The notes under the pieces were generated by a model, which did no database searches, was not told the DNA's origin, and saw only the letters and a list, made by a program, of their open reading frames with translations. A program made the translations under genes and the position numbers. Positions 63,456-64,000 of a DNA stretch of 64,000 bases are shown in pieces. The first letter of the stretch is position 1. Every line of letters starts with the position of its first letter. Source of the stretch: a virus; the IMG/VR virus record IMGVR_UViG_3300009159_000064, positions 5,253 through 69,252 of that record; one strand, 5' to 3'.

Positions 63456-64000
63456 TTACTCTGCTTTATATTCTTTGCCTCGGTACAAAGCCCATCCGTC
63501 ATAAATAGGTATTACATCATAACTGAACCTATGTGTACCAGAGTCTTCATAAGCCACTACACCCATTCCTTGTTGCCAATTTTCATAGCGAACAAGAGGA
63601 CGACCATCTAAATCTACACCGCCTCTAGTAGAAGGGATAGCGCCATCAATACGAGCGAGACAACCAGGCGACGCCGCCATGATCGTTCTAGGACCATCAA
63701 AGTCTTCTCTAGTCTTGAAAGCTGTTTCAATTCTGTGGATGTGTCCATAGATTACGCTCGTTTTCTCTGCATTTAGGTATACGTGTGCCGTTGACCCTGA
63801 TGACTTAACACGGTCACCGTGTATAACTCTTAGTTTTTCATTGATCCAGTAATCTGATGCAGGGTACCCTGGACGGTACTCAACACCAAACTCATCCATG
63901 CGACAAAGATATGGAACGCTTAAGACTGGCCATGAATCTGGCGTATTACCTTTTCTTAAACCATAAGCAGCACCAGCGTTAACTAGTAGATACTTTGGCA
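63456..64000 (-). CDS. Calcineurin-like metallophosphoesterase, 5'-truncated by window edge
   Basis: IHG, YGHIHR, PGCL, NWQQG; frame open to position 64000. Confidence 0.8.
   Translation of the reverse strand, partial: PKYLLVNAGAAYGLRKGNTPDSWPVLSVPYLCRMDEFGVEYRPGYPASDYWINEKLRVIHGDRVKSSGSTAHVYLNAEKTSVIYGHIHRIETAFKTREDFDGPRTIMAASPGCLARIDGAIPSTRGGVDLDGRPLVRYENWQQGMGVVAYEDSGTHRFSYDVIPIYDGWALYRGKEYKAE

Noticed and set aside
1-64000. Stop-codon reassignment, tRNA genes, integrase, reverse transcriptase/DGR
   Set aside because: Known genes are full length with TAA/TAG/TGA stops; no cloverleaf, recombinase or RT motifs were recognised by eye (tRNAscan not run)

Overview
This window is a 64-kb segment of a large lytic myovirus (contractile-tail phage) of roughly 40% GC by eye. 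The host is probably a low-GC actinobacterium, judged from two WhiB genes and leaderless TAwACT-N6-ATG starts. Standard genetic code; nearly all genes are on the minus strand. Layout: (1) 1-4053, small putative effector genes (ParB-like, ART-like, GNAT), several sharing an N-terminal HLGPQF/HLQxQL peptide; (2) 4054-4790, a repeat- and hairpin-rich non-coding convergence point, possibly a genome terminus; (3) about 4.8-17 kb, an early/host-takeover region with six sigma70-type promoters, a recurrent GGACATTACAAC motif, SNF2, DUF932, YubB-like, small acidic ORFs, WhiBs and a lytic transglycosylase; (4) 17-20.5 kb, a nucleotide-modification-like cluster; (5) 20.5-27.2 kb, small or low-complexity proteins, four sharing an N-terminal G-x-D-x-R/S-x4-R motif; (6) 27.2-41.1 kb, SpoVS plus recombination and replication genes (resolvases, Cas4-like nuclease, RecA, PolA, SSB, SNF2, primase, DnaB, frameshifted DnaC, HTH initiator with internal iterons); (7) 41.9-62.5 kb, baseplate, tail and head genes; (8) an HslV/proteasome-type protease and a partial metallophosphoesterase. 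Most striking: by manual scan the ~12.5-kb early block has no AGCT, ACGT, GGCC, CCWGG or GGWCC although these are common on both sides, suggesting staged DNA entry or early anti-restriction. Also notable are two families of shared N-terminal peptides (candidate virion-targeting tags) and two candidate sRNAs with anti-Shine-Dalgarno loops. All family calls are from motif recognition by eye; no searches were run.
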